Positions 46,128-55,392 are shown, counted from the first letter of the stretch. The stretch is 64,000 nt of DNA from an uncultured Clostridia bacterium (GCA_944386735.1 CALXCH010000002.1:90-64089), one strand, 5' to 3'. Notes: generated by a model from the letters alone, not told the origin. Translations and numbers: made by a program.

Positions 46128-46172
46128 TATAAAAAAAGTGAAACAATCAAGGATACTCATTTGTTTCACTTT
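46128..46172 (-). terminator. second of two tandem terminators after adh
   Basis: AAAGTGAAACAA / TTGTTTCACTTT stem followed by T7 on the minus strand. Confidence 0.7.
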
Positions 46173-46181
46173 TCTAACATT

Positions 46182-46222
46182 TTACAAAAATGAGACAAAA
46201 AGGTCCATCCTTCTTGTCTCAT
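46182..46222 (-). terminator. first terminator after adh
   Basis: ATGAGACAA / TTGTCTCAT stem followed by TTTTTG on the minus strand. Confidence 0.7.
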
Positions 46223-46229
46223 TTCTCTA

Positions 46230-47390
46230 TTACATTGCTCTTCTATATAATTCTATGAAGTCTTCTTTTGTTACTTCTCTTGGATTTCCTGGTTTACATG
46301 GATCATTCATTGCTTTTTCTGCAAGCATTTCAAAATCTTCTTCCTTTGCTCCATAGTCTTTTATTGTTGTTGTTATTCCAACTGTTTTACTTAATTCTGA
46401 TATCATCCATACAAATGTGTTTATTACATCTTGGTCATTTAAATGCTCTGCATCTGGTCTTCCAATATTCATTAATATTTCTCTAAATCTTTGTGCTGTT
46501 GCTGGATCTTCTCCATTAAATCTCATAACTGTAGGAAGTAGCATTGCATTTGCTATTCCATGTGGTGTATCATAAACTGCTCCTAATTGGTGAGCCATTG
46601 AATGTACTATTCCAAGTCCAACATTACTAAATCCCATTCCTGCTATATATTGAGCCATTCCCATTTTTTCAATTGCAACTGGGTCTTTATCATTTACAGC
46701 TGCTGGTAAATATTTAAATATCATCTTTATTGCCTGCATATGGAACATATCTGACATATCATTATGTGCTTTTGTTATATATCCCTCTATTCCATGTGTT
46801 AAAGCATCCATTCCTGTTGCTGCAGCTAAAGATTTTGGCATTGAAGCCATTAAATCAGAATCTACAATTGCTAATATTGGTATATCATTTGGATCTACAC
46901 ATACCATTTTTATTTTAGCATCTTCATCTGTTATAACATAGTTTATTGTTACTTCTGCTGCTGTTCCAGCTGTTGTTGGCATTGCAATTAAAGGCATCCC
47001 TCTATTTACTGTATCAGATGCTCCGTTTAACGATTTGATATCTGCTCTATCTGGATTTGTCATAACTATTGATATTCCTTTTGCTGTATCTATACTTGAA
47101 CCTCCTCCTACTGCTACTATTAAATCTGCTTTTGAGTCTTTACAAGCTTGTACTCCATCTAACACATTTTTAATTGTAGGATTTGGTTTTATTTCATCAT
47201 ATAAATCATAAGGTACACCAGCTTTATTTAATACTTCTTCTACTTTCGCTGTAACGTTAGCCTCTACTAGTGATTTATCACTTACTAAAAATACTTTTTT
47301 AAATCCTCTTTTTTGAATTTCTCCAACAAGTTCTTCTCTTGCTCCCTTTCCAAAATAAGATGTTTCATTTAATACAAATTTTTCAGACAT
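46230..47390 (-). CDS. iron-containing alcohol dehydrogenase (FucO / 1,3-propanediol dehydrogenase-like)
   Basis: Fe-ADH motifs (VGGGSSIDTAK; His cluster HGIANAM / HSMAHQLG). Confidence 0.88.
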   Translation of the reverse strand: MSEKFVLNETSYFGKGAREELVGEIQKRGFKKVFLVSDKSLVEANVTAKVEEVLNKAGVPYDLYDEIKPNPTIKNVLDGVQACKDSKADLIVAVGGGSSIDTAKGISIVMTNPDRADIKSLNGASDTVNRGMPLIAMPTTAGTAAEVTINYVITDEDAKIKMVCVDPNDIPILAIVDSDLMASMPKSLAAATGMDALTHGIEGYITKAHNDMSDMFHMQAIKMIFKYLPAAVNDKDPVAIEKMGMAQYIAGMGFSNVGLGIVHSMAHQLGAVYDTPHGIANAMLLPTVMRFNGEDPATAQRFREILMNIGRPDAEHLNDQDVINTFVWMISELSKTVGITTTIKDYGAKEEDFEMLAEKAMNDPCKPGNPREVTKEDFIELYRRAM

Positions 47391-47475
47391 TTTAATTTTC
47401 CTCCTTTATAATTTTATATATTTCCCTTTTATTTTAAGCTTTCGTAAGAAACCCGCCTTTAAGGAGACGGTTATT

Positions 47476-47498
47476 AAACGTCCCCTTTAGACATTATA
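47476..47498 (-). repeat. H3 half-module, copy E, overlapping the ALDH stop codon
   Basis: TAAACGTCCCC-TTT-AGACA-TTA, compared with the consensus GGAAACGTCCCC-ATT-GCGACA-TTTT. Confidence 0.55.
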
Positions 47499-48927
47499 AA
47501 ATGTTCTTTAATACTATTGTTTTTAATCTTGACATTTCTTCTAATGTTGTCATAACTCCTTCATTACCAATTCCAGAATGTTTCCATCCTCCAAATGGCA
47601 TTTCAAATGAACGGTAGAAACTTGAACCATTAACTACTGCTCCACCACATTCTAACCTATCTGCTATTTTCATTGCTCTTGATACGTCTTTTGAAATTAC
47701 ACATCCACATAATCCATAAGATGACCCATTGGCAATTTCTATTGCTTCTTCTACATCATCAAATCCTATTACCGGAATTACTGGTCCAAATACTTCCATA
47801 TCTTTTGATATTTCCATATCTTTTGTTACATTATCTAGTATTGTTGGATAGTAGTAAGCATCCTCTCTTTTTCCTCCACAAACTACAGTTGCACCTTCAG
47901 ATACTGTTTTATTTACTTGGTCTTCTATTCTTTTTGCTGCATTTATATTAATCATAGGTCCCATGTCTGTGTCTTCTTTCATTGGGTCTCCAACTTTTAA
48001 TCCATCTATTACTTCTTTCATTCTATCAATAAATTCTTGTTTTCTTGAATTATGTATTAAAAATCTCTTACTTGCACAACATACTTGTCCACCATTATAT
48101 AATCTTCCCCAGATTGTTTCTTTTACAGCTAAATCCATATCTCCATCTTCTAAGAAAATGAATGCATCATTTCCTCCAAGCTCTAACATAACATGTGTTA
48201 GATTCTTAGATGCTGTTCCCATTGTTTGAATTCCAGCTGCTGTTCCACCTGTTAATGACACTAAATGTACTCCTGGATGTCTAGCTAAGGCCTGTCCTGC
48301 TGTTGGTCCATCACCTGTTAATATTTGAATGCATCCCGCTGGTACTCCTGCTTCAATCATTAATTTTACATATTCAATTAATGTTAATGGATTATAATTT
48401 GATGGTTTTACAATTATACTATTCCCCATCATTAATGCTGGTGGTACTTTTTGACAGAATAAATCACTTGGAAAGTTAAATGGTATAATTGCTGCTATAA
48501 CTCCAATTGGATATCTTTTTGTAAATTGTATTGTTTTTTCTTGTCCTGCCTCTGATCCTTCTGGAATACTTTTTCCATATAAATGTTTTGCTTTTTCTAC
48601 AAATCCTCTTACACCAATTCTTACATTTGCAAGTTCTCCTCTTGCTTCTTTTATTGGTTTTCCTGTTTCATTAGATAAAAGAGTGGCTAATCTTTCTTTA
48701 TTTTCTTCTATTAAATCTACAAATTTATATAAAATATCTGCTCTATCATATATAGATACTTTTTCCCATTTCTTTTGTTCCACCATTGCTACTTTTACAG
48801 CTTCATCTACATCTTCATCTGTTACATTTGGTACTGTATCTATCAATTCTTGAGTTGCTGGATTAACAACTTCAATTGTTGCTCCATTAGAAGCATCTTT
48901 CCATTCATAACCTATTAAATTTTTCAC
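47494..48927 (-). CDS. NAD(P)-dependent aldehyde dehydrogenase
   Basis: ALDH motifs (ELGGNDA; catalytic Cys in GQVCCASKR). GTG start after GGAGGGAG. Confidence 0.88.
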   Translation of the reverse strand: MKNLIGYEWKDASNGATIEVVNPATQELIDTVPNVTDEDVDEAVKVAMVEQKKWEKVSIYDRADILYKFVDLIEENKERLATLLSNETGKPIKEARGELANVRIGVRGFVEKAKHLYGKSIPEGSEAGQEKTIQFTKRYPIGVIAAIIPFNFPSDLFCQKVPPALMMGNSIIVKPSNYNPLTLIEYVKLMIEAGVPAGCIQILTGDGPTAGQALARHPGVHLVSLTGGTAAGIQTMGTASKNLTHVMLELGGNDAFIFLEDGDMDLAVKETIWGRLYNGGQVCCASKRFLIHNSRKQEFIDRMKEVIDGLKVGDPMKEDTDMGPMININAAKRIEDQVNKTVSEGATVVCGGKREDAYYYPTILDNVTKDMEISKDMEVFGPVIPVIGFDDVEEAIEIANGSSYGLCGCVISKDVSRAMKIADRLECGGAVVNGSSFYRSFEMPFGGWKHSGIGNEGVMTTLEEMSRLKTIVLKNIL

Positions 48928-49038
48928 ACTTGCTCCCTCCTTATTATTTACTGGTCTGCAAACTTTTTGTACTCCATCTTTAAAATTTTCTAATGTACAT
49001 ACATAGGCTTTTTTATTTTGTGGTTTTTTCCCTTCTCT

Positions 49039-50205
49039 TCATTTACTAAATGCTGTAAATGATAGCATTAAACCTCCTGTTGTATTTGCTCCGTGGTCTT
49101 TTACTCCATATTCACCAAATGTAAATACTCCTATAAATGGTACTCCTTTTGCTTCTTTCTTTATTTGTTTTACAACTTCTCCTACTCTATCTCCTATTGC
49201 TAATCTTCTTCCGCCACAATGGATAAGCAAGTATGCTCCTATATCTCCTTCCATTTCTTTATTTAATTCTTTCATTGTATTTCCTGTTGCATTTATTAAT
49301 TCATCAACAGATGCTTCCATTTGTATTACAGCTGTATTTACTGCTAGGTTTGCTCCAATATTCATTGAACCATCTTTGTTTCCGTACATTGGATGACGTA
49401 TTGCTATTAAATCTCCTAATCTATCTTTTACTCCCAAAGGTTTTGTAACTGTTGTTGTCAACAAATTGCTTTCTTTTAAGTCTTTTGCTTTTACTCCTGT
49501 CCATTCTGCATATTTCTTTTGAGCTGGCACTCCATCAATTTCTACTAAAGTTCTTTTTCCTTTTATTTTTGTTATTACACCTGAATTTGTTGTTTCATTA
49601 TACTCTCCTGTAAATACATTTCCCATTTGTTTATCTGTATAGAAAAATGCTACAGCTGCTCCATCACTAAATATTTTATCATTTGTATAAATACTCCATT
49701 TTCCTTCTACTGTGTTATCTGCTGCACTTCCACCAAATATTGGAACTCTTCCGACTATATCTTCAATACCTTTTATGTATTCTTCTTCCTCTGCTGGTGA
49801 CGCAACCATGTAAAAGTAAGCTGGAACACAATCTTTCCCTGCATTTTTCATTGCTTCTTTTGCCAATTTTCTTCCTGTTTCTCTTGGGTCATTTCCCCTT
49901 TCAGCACCTGCAACTCCTACTTTTAAGTCTGGATCTCCTAAAGCCAATATTCCTGTAAATCCCTTTTCTCCTGTAATAAATCCATCTGGTGTAATAAGTC
50001 CAGCACTAGATGTACATCCGATTATTGGTGCAGTTCCTAATTCTGATTTAGCTCCTTCTAAAACTTGTTTTACATCACTGTCAACTGATGTATATAAAAA
50101 TGCAACCTTAGTTTCTACCAAATCTACAACTGCTTTTGCTGCTGTTTCCTTTCCTTGTTCATAACTGTTTTCATTTGTACTCCACGCTACGTTTGACTTT
50201 AACAT
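49039..50205 (-). CDS. FIST-N / FIST-C domain protein
   Basis: About 390 aa with the FIST pattern (IIGCTSSAG.., IFGGSAADN.., LIHCGGRR.., TFGEYG). The ATG at 50205 follows AAAGGAGGAG. Confidence 0.65.
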   Translation of the reverse strand: MLKSNVAWSTNENSYEQGKETAAKAVVDLVETKVAFLYTSVDSDVKQVLEGAKSELGTAPIIGCTSSAGLITPDGFITGEKGFTGILALGDPDLKVGVAGAERGNDPRETGRKLAKEAMKNAGKDCVPAYFYMVASPAEEEEYIKGIEDIVGRVPIFGGSAADNTVEGKWSIYTNDKIFSDGAAVAFFYTDKQMGNVFTGEYNETTNSGVITKIKGKRTLVEIDGVPAQKKYAEWTGVKAKDLKESNLLTTTVTKPLGVKDRLGDLIAIRHPMYGNKDGSMNIGANLAVNTAVIQMEASVDELINATGNTMKELNKEMEGDIGAYLLIHCGGRRLAIGDRVGEVVKQIKKEAKGVPFIGVFTFGEYGVKDHGANTTGGLMLSFTAFSK

Positions 50206-50332
50206 ATCTACTCCTCCTTTGTAATTTTTTACTCCATCCAAATTATAACATATCAACCTTTTTTTACAATTAATGACACAAAAACGTAATATAAATGTAA
50301 TAAAAATGTATTATTTTTTCTTATTTGATAGA

Positions 50333-50420
50333 TGTGTCCCAGGTGCGACAAAATGTCGCATCTGGGACGTTTCCTATTGCAACATTTTGTGTTCAAAGGA
50401 AACGTCCCCAACGCGACATT
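50333..50420 (-). repeat. H3 modular repeat, copy B (full length), abutting the pfkA stop codon
   Basis: TGTGTCCC-AGGT-GCGACA-AAAA-TGTCGC-ATCT-GGGACGTTTCC-TATT-GCAACA-TTTT-GTGTTCA-AA-GGAAACGTCCCC-AAC-GCGACA-TTA(stop). Confidence 0.9.
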
Positions 50421-51564
50421 AATCTCCTAAATTTATTCCTATATCTCTTGCTGTTTTTACTAAATCATCATCCATTGTTACTTTTCTTAGATTACTTTCT
50501 GCAGTATTTCCTGATACAGCTCCTATTCTTGTATTTTTTCCTACAACTTCTTCTAATGATACTGAATCAAGTTTTCCATTTTTAATTACTGCAAGTGTTC
50601 CAAATTTTCCTTCTAGTGCTAATTCCATTGCTTTTGTTCCATACTTTGTTGATAATACTCTATCAAATGCTGTTGGTGTTCCTCCTCTTTGCATATAACC
50701 TAAAGTTGTATTCCTTGCTTCTAACCCTGTCATTTCTTGTAATTGTTTTGCAACTATTTGTCCAATTCCTCCAAGTTTTGTATTATCTACGCCTTCACCA
50801 TTATCTCTTGTTCCCATTATTGTAAGTTCTCCGCCTATTGGTTTTGCTCCTTCTGCTACTACTACTACACTAAAGTTCTTTCCTCTTTTCTTTCTGTTTT
50901 CGATTTTACTAGCAACTTTGTTTATATCATATGGTATTTCTGGAATTAAAGCAACATCTGCTCCTCCTGCTATTGCTGATTCTAATGCTATCCAACCAGC
51001 ATATCTTCCCATTACTTCTAATACCATTATTCTATGATGTGTCGCTCCTGTTGTGTGCAATCTATCTAAAGCTTCCATTGCAACTGATACTGCTGTATTA
51101 TATCCAAATGTTATTTCAGTACAAGCAACGTCATTATCTATTGTTTTTGGAACTCCTATTACATTTACTCCTTTTGTTGAAAAGTCTCTTGCTGACTTTT
51201 GTGTTCCATCTCCACCTAAAGTAAATATACAATCAAATCCAAAGTCTTTCATATTTTGAATTGCTTCATCTGATAAATCTTTATATTCTACGCTTCCATC
51301 TTCATTTACTACTTTATAATTAAAAAGGTTAGCATTTGTAGATGAACCGATAATAGAACCACCTTTAGGTAAAATTCCTAATGCTTCTCCTCCTTTTGCT
51401 GTACTTAATAGCTCAAAATCTTTTTTTATTAATCCATTATATCCATCTATAATTCCATAACATTCTACTCCATGGTTTTCTGCTGTTTTTACAATTGCTC
51501 TTATTACTGCATTAAATCCTGATACATCTCCTCCATTTGCAAGTATTCCAACTTTTTTTAACAT
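50419..51564 (-). CDS. pfkA: 6-phosphofructokinase
   Basis: PFK motifs (GGDVSGFNA, TLGGDGT, PKTIDND, EVMGRYAGW, GYMQRGG). The ATG at 51564 follows AGGAGG. Confidence 0.88.
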   Translation of the reverse strand: MLKKVGILANGGDVSGFNAVIRAIVKTAENHGVECYGIIDGYNGLIKKDFELLSTAKGGEALGILPKGGSIIGSSTNANLFNYKVVNEDGSVEYKDLSDEAIQNMKDFGFDCIFTLGGDGTQKSARDFSTKGVNVIGVPKTIDNDVACTEITFGYNTAVSVAMEALDRLHTTGATHHRIMVLEVMGRYAGWIALESAIAGGADVALIPEIPYDINKVASKIENRKKRGKNFSVVVVAEGAKPIGGELTIMGTRDNGEGVDNTKLGGIGQIVAKQLQEMTGLEARNTTLGYMQRGGTPTAFDRVLSTKYGTKAMELALEGKFGTLAVIKNGKLDSVSLEEVVGKNTRIGAVSGNTAESNLRKVTMDDDLVKTARDIGINLGD

Positions 51565-51700
51565 ACGAATTCCTCCTATCAAAATCTCATTTTGTTTTTT
51601 CCATATTTTTCTTTCAATATTATTATATCAATAATTTATTTTTTTACAACAACTTTTTATATTTTTAAATAATTTATTCAATGATATTAACACTAATTTA

Positions 51701-52777
51701 CTATTTTACATATTCATTTAATGACTTTACTCTATATTTTAATTCATCCATTTCATTTGTTGGAACATATCCTGACTTAGCGTTTATAACATCTGGTATT
51801 CTATTTACTACTGTTGCGCATGTTAATTCTACTGTTGCTGGTTTATCTACTACTATTGTTGTTTCTGGTTCTCCTTCTATTGTCCACTTATTTCTATCAA
51901 ATTCATCTTCATCATATACTTTTCCTATACACTCTGTTTCTAATATTATTCCTTCTTTAGTCTTCGTTGTAACAACTGCACTCATTCCTGTAGCATCACC
52001 TTTTTTTATTGTCATATTTAATGTACTTGAGAAAATATCTCTTTTAGCTACTTGTGGCACACATTCTTGAGTTTGTGATTCTACCGTTAATCCTAATTTT
52101 TCACAAAGCCAACCATTTACATTCCACATATATGATGGTTGATACTTACCGCTTTCTATTACTTTTTGTCTTTCTTCATCACTTATTCTATCTAAACTTG
52201 CAACTTCCTTATCAAATTCTTCTAATGTTAAACCTGCTCCGTGTGCTTTTGCTAATGCTATTCCATAATCTTCTACATTATAGCTTGAACTTCCTTTTAT
52301 TTTCGTTATTTTATGAGTTGAACCTCCAATCGCAGATATTAATTCTCCCCAATATATATCTTGATATCCTGTTCCTGTAATTGTACAATTATTCTCTTTT
52401 GCTAATTTATCTATTGCAGCAGTAACCCCAGGATTTGAATTTGCTGGATAAAATGCTTCTTCACATGTTGTTATTGCATTTAATCCTAATTTTGCGCATA
52501 ACATTAAAGCATCTTTAACATCTTCTATTAAACTCATTGTTGTTACTATTACAACATCTGGTCTTGTTTCATCAAGCATTTTTTCTGCTTCTTCTAACCC
52601 AACAATTTTAACACCTTTTTCTTCACAACCCATTACTTCACCTATATCTTTTCCTATAACATCAGGATTTACATCAATTGCTCCTACTATTTCTCCTCCT
52701 TTTTCATATACATATCTCATTGTATACACACTCATTTTTCCAGTTCCATATTGAACTACACGAACTTTTCTATCCAT
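51701..52777 (-). CDS. DapB-like NAD(P)-dependent oxidoreductase (amine dehydrogenase / 2,4-diaminopentanoate dehydrogenase-like family)
   Basis: N-terminal Rossmann motif VRVVQYGTGKMS and about 358 aa. Resembles the family that includes 2,4-diaminopentanoate dehydrogenase. Assignment made by eye only. Confidence 0.45.
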   Translation of the reverse strand: MDRKVRVVQYGTGKMSVYTMRYVYEKGGEIVGAIDVNPDVIGKDIGEVMGCEEKGVKIVGLEEAEKMLDETRPDVVIVTTMSLIEDVKDALMLCAKLGLNAITTCEEAFYPANSNPGVTAAIDKLAKENNCTITGTGYQDIYWGELISAIGGSTHKITKIKGSSSYNVEDYGIALAKAHGAGLTLEEFDKEVASLDRISDEERQKVIESGKYQPSYMWNVNGWLCEKLGLTVESQTQECVPQVAKRDIFSSTLNMTIKKGDATGMSAVVTTKTKEGIILETECIGKVYDEDEFDRNKWTIEGEPETTIVVDKPATVELTCATVVNRIPDVINAKSGYVPTNEMDELKYRVKSLNEYVK

Positions 52778-52842
52778 ATTAAAACCTCCTTACAATCTTT
52801 TCCTTATTATACCATTAATTTTTATTTTTGATACCAAAAAAT

Positions 52843-52867
52843 AAAAAAAAGGCCGAAGCCTTTTTTT
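52843..52867. terminator. bidirectional terminator-like hairpin
   Basis: A8-GGC-CGAA-GCC-T7. Confidence 0.65.
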
Positions 52868-53020
52868 ATTTTATTTATACTTATGCTTCTTGACCATTTA
52901 ATCTCGCTATTTCATTATCATACTGGCAAATTATTTTATTTTCTCCCTTATCCCTTATTTATATAAGCATTTTAATTAAGTATATCATTAATTTATTATT
53001 TTTTATATTCCTTTCGAAAA

Positions 53021-53067
53021 GGGACGTTTCTATTTACAACATTTTTGCTGTAATAAAGAAACATCCC
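53021..53067 (-). repeat. H3 repeat, degenerate copy D, 7 nt after the PBP stop codon
   Basis: GGGACGTTTCT-ATTTACAACATTTTTGCTGTAATAA-AGAAACATCCC. It has the same stem and loop layout as the core of copies A-C. Confidence 0.7.
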
Positions 53068-53073
53068 TAACTG

Positions 53074-55104
53074 TTATTCTAATAATGTTCTTATCTTTTT
53101 AATCAAGTAATGACTTCCTCCACTACTATTATCTTGTACATTTTCTACCATACTAATAATTAGCATGTCTGTACCGTTTTGTCTATCTATTGTATAACAA
53201 TCAAACCATCCTAGTGTTCCACTTTCTGTATCTTCACTAGATGTCTTAAGTTCTGCTGTTCCTGTTTTTCCAGCAATTGTTGTACCTGCAATCTTCATAT
53301 CATTTGCAGTACCTTCTGGATTTTCAACAACTTGTATTAAATCATTTTCAATAGTATCTGCCGCTTCTTTTGTAAAAGCATTTTCTATTAAGATTTCTCC
53401 ATTTTTACTCTCATCATATTCAATTCTTGGTTTAATCATATTACCATCATTTGCAAATGCTGAATATATTGCTGCCATATGTATTGGATTTACCAAAATA
53501 TCACCTTGGCCATATCCACTATCTGCAAGTTTTGTTTCTCCTGAAATTTCCGTTCCATTATTACTTGCATATTGAGATTTTGAAAGCGTAAGTGGAAAGT
53601 CTAAGCTTTGGTTAAATCCTATTTTATCTAAACTATTTGTAAAAGTATCTGCACCTATTTTTAAAGCAGATTGTGCAAAATAAATATTATCTGAATGTAT
53701 AATTCCATTTAATAAATTCTTTGCTCCTGAATAGCCTGTTAAAGTTGTTACTTTATAATTTCCCCAAGAACTATCTTTTTGCCAGCTTGTTCCTGTGTAT
53801 CCATAATCTTCGTTTGGATCAATTTTTCCTGTTGTTAATCCTATTGCTCCTGTTACTGGTTTAAACGTAGAACCCGGACAATATTTTTGTGTAAATCTAT
53901 TATATAGTGGTCTTGCTTCATCATTATTTAATTCATTCCATTTATCAGTAGTTAACCCTACAACAAAGTCATTTGAATCATATGATGGTGTACTTACTAA
54001 TGCTAATAATTCTCCTGTTTGAGGTTCCATTATAACAAAAAATCCTTTATCATCCTTCATTTGGTCATATACTTGTTTTTGTAAAGTACTATCTATTGTT
54101 AATTTTACATCAGTTCCATCTTTTTTATCTTGTGTTGCAATAGTTGCAACTCTATTTTCGTTTCCATCTACTATGTAAATATCTGTTCCATCTATTCCTC
54201 TTAAAGTATCTTCATATGCAAGCTCTAATCCAGATTTTCCAATTAAACTGTTTGTTGTATATCCTTTTCCTTCATTTGCTTCTAATTCTTCACTACTAAT
54301 TGGCTGTACATAGCCTATTAAATGCGCAGCTTCTTGTCCTAAAGAATATACCCTTCCATCTTCTTTATTTATCATAACACCTGGAATTGCAAGTAACTGA
54401 TTTTTTAATTCTGTATTACTATCTACTATTTTTTTAACAGGCACAAATGTATCATCTTTAACATATGATGCACTTAAAGCTTTATTAATATAATCTACAG
54501 ATACTCCTGTTAATTCTGATATTTTTTGTATATTTTCATCTTTATTTTCGCCTAGTTTTCCTGGTACTATTCCAACTGATGCAGTATTTCCATCTTCTGC
54601 TAACACTATACCATTTCTATCTAATATACTTCCTCTTTTTGCTTTTAATGTTGATACTCTTACTTTATCGTTATCACCTAATTGTGGAAATATCATACTT
54701 GATGACCATTTTAATTTTAATTCTCCCTCTTCTTTTACAACATTTGCTGTATTATCAAATTCAACATCCCCTGCTGATGTATACATTTTTTCATGGTAAC
54801 TTACATTATAGCCATTATCAGCTTTTACAATATCTTTTATTTCTATTTGAATATCACTTGCGTCTATTCCTTCATAAATGTTTTGATTTCTTGTTACAAA
54901 ATCTTCTTTACTTGTATTCATACTTGCGACTTTAGAATACATTTCTTCATAACTTTTGTTATTAATTAAAGTAAAATAATCATTAAGTAAACCTTTTGCT
55001 TCTTCTTGTTCTTTGTTTCCCATAATTATAACAGCTGCTACCACAGCAATTACTATGACTATTACTGCTACAATTACTCCGATTAATACTTTTTTATTTT
55101 TCAT
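53074..55104 (-). CDS. class B penicillin-binding protein with an NTF2-like MecA_N domain (PBP2a / PbpC-like)
   Basis: The N-terminal domain parallels the PBP2a N-terminus (..EEGELKLKWSSSMIFP..KRGSILDRNG). Transpeptidase motifs STFK, SDN and KTGT are present. Confidence 0.85.
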   Translation of the reverse strand: MKNKKVLIGVIVAVIVIVIAVVAAVIIMGNKEQEEAKGLLNDYFTLINNKSYEEMYSKVASMNTSKEDFVTRNQNIYEGIDASDIQIEIKDIVKADNGYNVSYHEKMYTSAGDVEFDNTANVVKEEGELKLKWSSSMIFPQLGDNDKVRVSTLKAKRGSILDRNGIVLAEDGNTASVGIVPGKLGENKDENIQKISELTGVSVDYINKALSASYVKDDTFVPVKKIVDSNTELKNQLLAIPGVMINKEDGRVYSLGQEAAHLIGYVQPISSEELEANEGKGYTTNSLIGKSGLELAYEDTLRGIDGTDIYIVDGNENRVATIATQDKKDGTDVKLTIDSTLQKQVYDQMKDDKGFFVIMEPQTGELLALVSTPSYDSNDFVVGLTTDKWNELNNDEARPLYNRFTQKYCPGSTFKPVTGAIGLTTGKIDPNEDYGYTGTSWQKDSSWGNYKVTTLTGYSGAKNLLNGIIHSDNIYFAQSALKIGADTFTNSLDKIGFNQSLDFPLTLSKSQYASNNGTEISGETKLADSGYGQGDILVNPIHMAAIYSAFANDGNMIKPRIEYDESKNGEILIENAFTKEAADTIENDLIQVVENPEGTANDMKIAGTTIAGKTGTAELKTSSEDTESGTLGWFDCYTIDRQNGTDMLIISMVENVQDNSSGGSHYLIKKIRTLLE

Positions 55105-55212
55105 TTAAGGTTTCCCCCTTTTTATTAAAATATATAACTATAATATCATATTTAAGAACTATTTACATCTTTTTTCTACTTTTTTATTATTTTTTACAAT
55201 CAAAAATATATT

Positions 55213-55392
55213 TTATCCACCACTTGCAAGTATTTTCATCATTAATACTGGCCAAATAAAGAAAAAGAAAAATGCCATAACACACGTTAAAAAAGCAACT
55301 ACTGCAACTACTATAAAAATAATTATCAAAATTTTTCTACTTTTTTTACTTTCCTCAATATCTTTTTCTAATTCTTCTTCCCATTTATCCAT
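55213..55392 (-). CDS. small membrane protein (59 aa), not in the ORF track
   Basis: My translation: MDKWEEELEKDIEESKKSRKILIIIFIVVAVVAFLTCVMAFFFFFIWPVLMMKILASGG*. SD AGGTGAG lies 4 nt before the ATG. Confidence 0.5.
   Translation of the reverse strand: MDKWEEELEKDIEESKKSRKILIIIFIVVAVVAFLTCVMAFFFFFIWPVLMMKILASGG

Noticed and set aside
47430-47475. The GC-rich patch AAACCCGCCTTTAAGGAGACGGTT between the ALDH and ADH genes, considered as a structured RNA or riboswitch.
   Set aside because: I could not draw a convincing stem (at most 3-4 contiguous pairs) and there are no conserved riboswitch motifs. It may be decayed H3-related sequence next to half-unit E.
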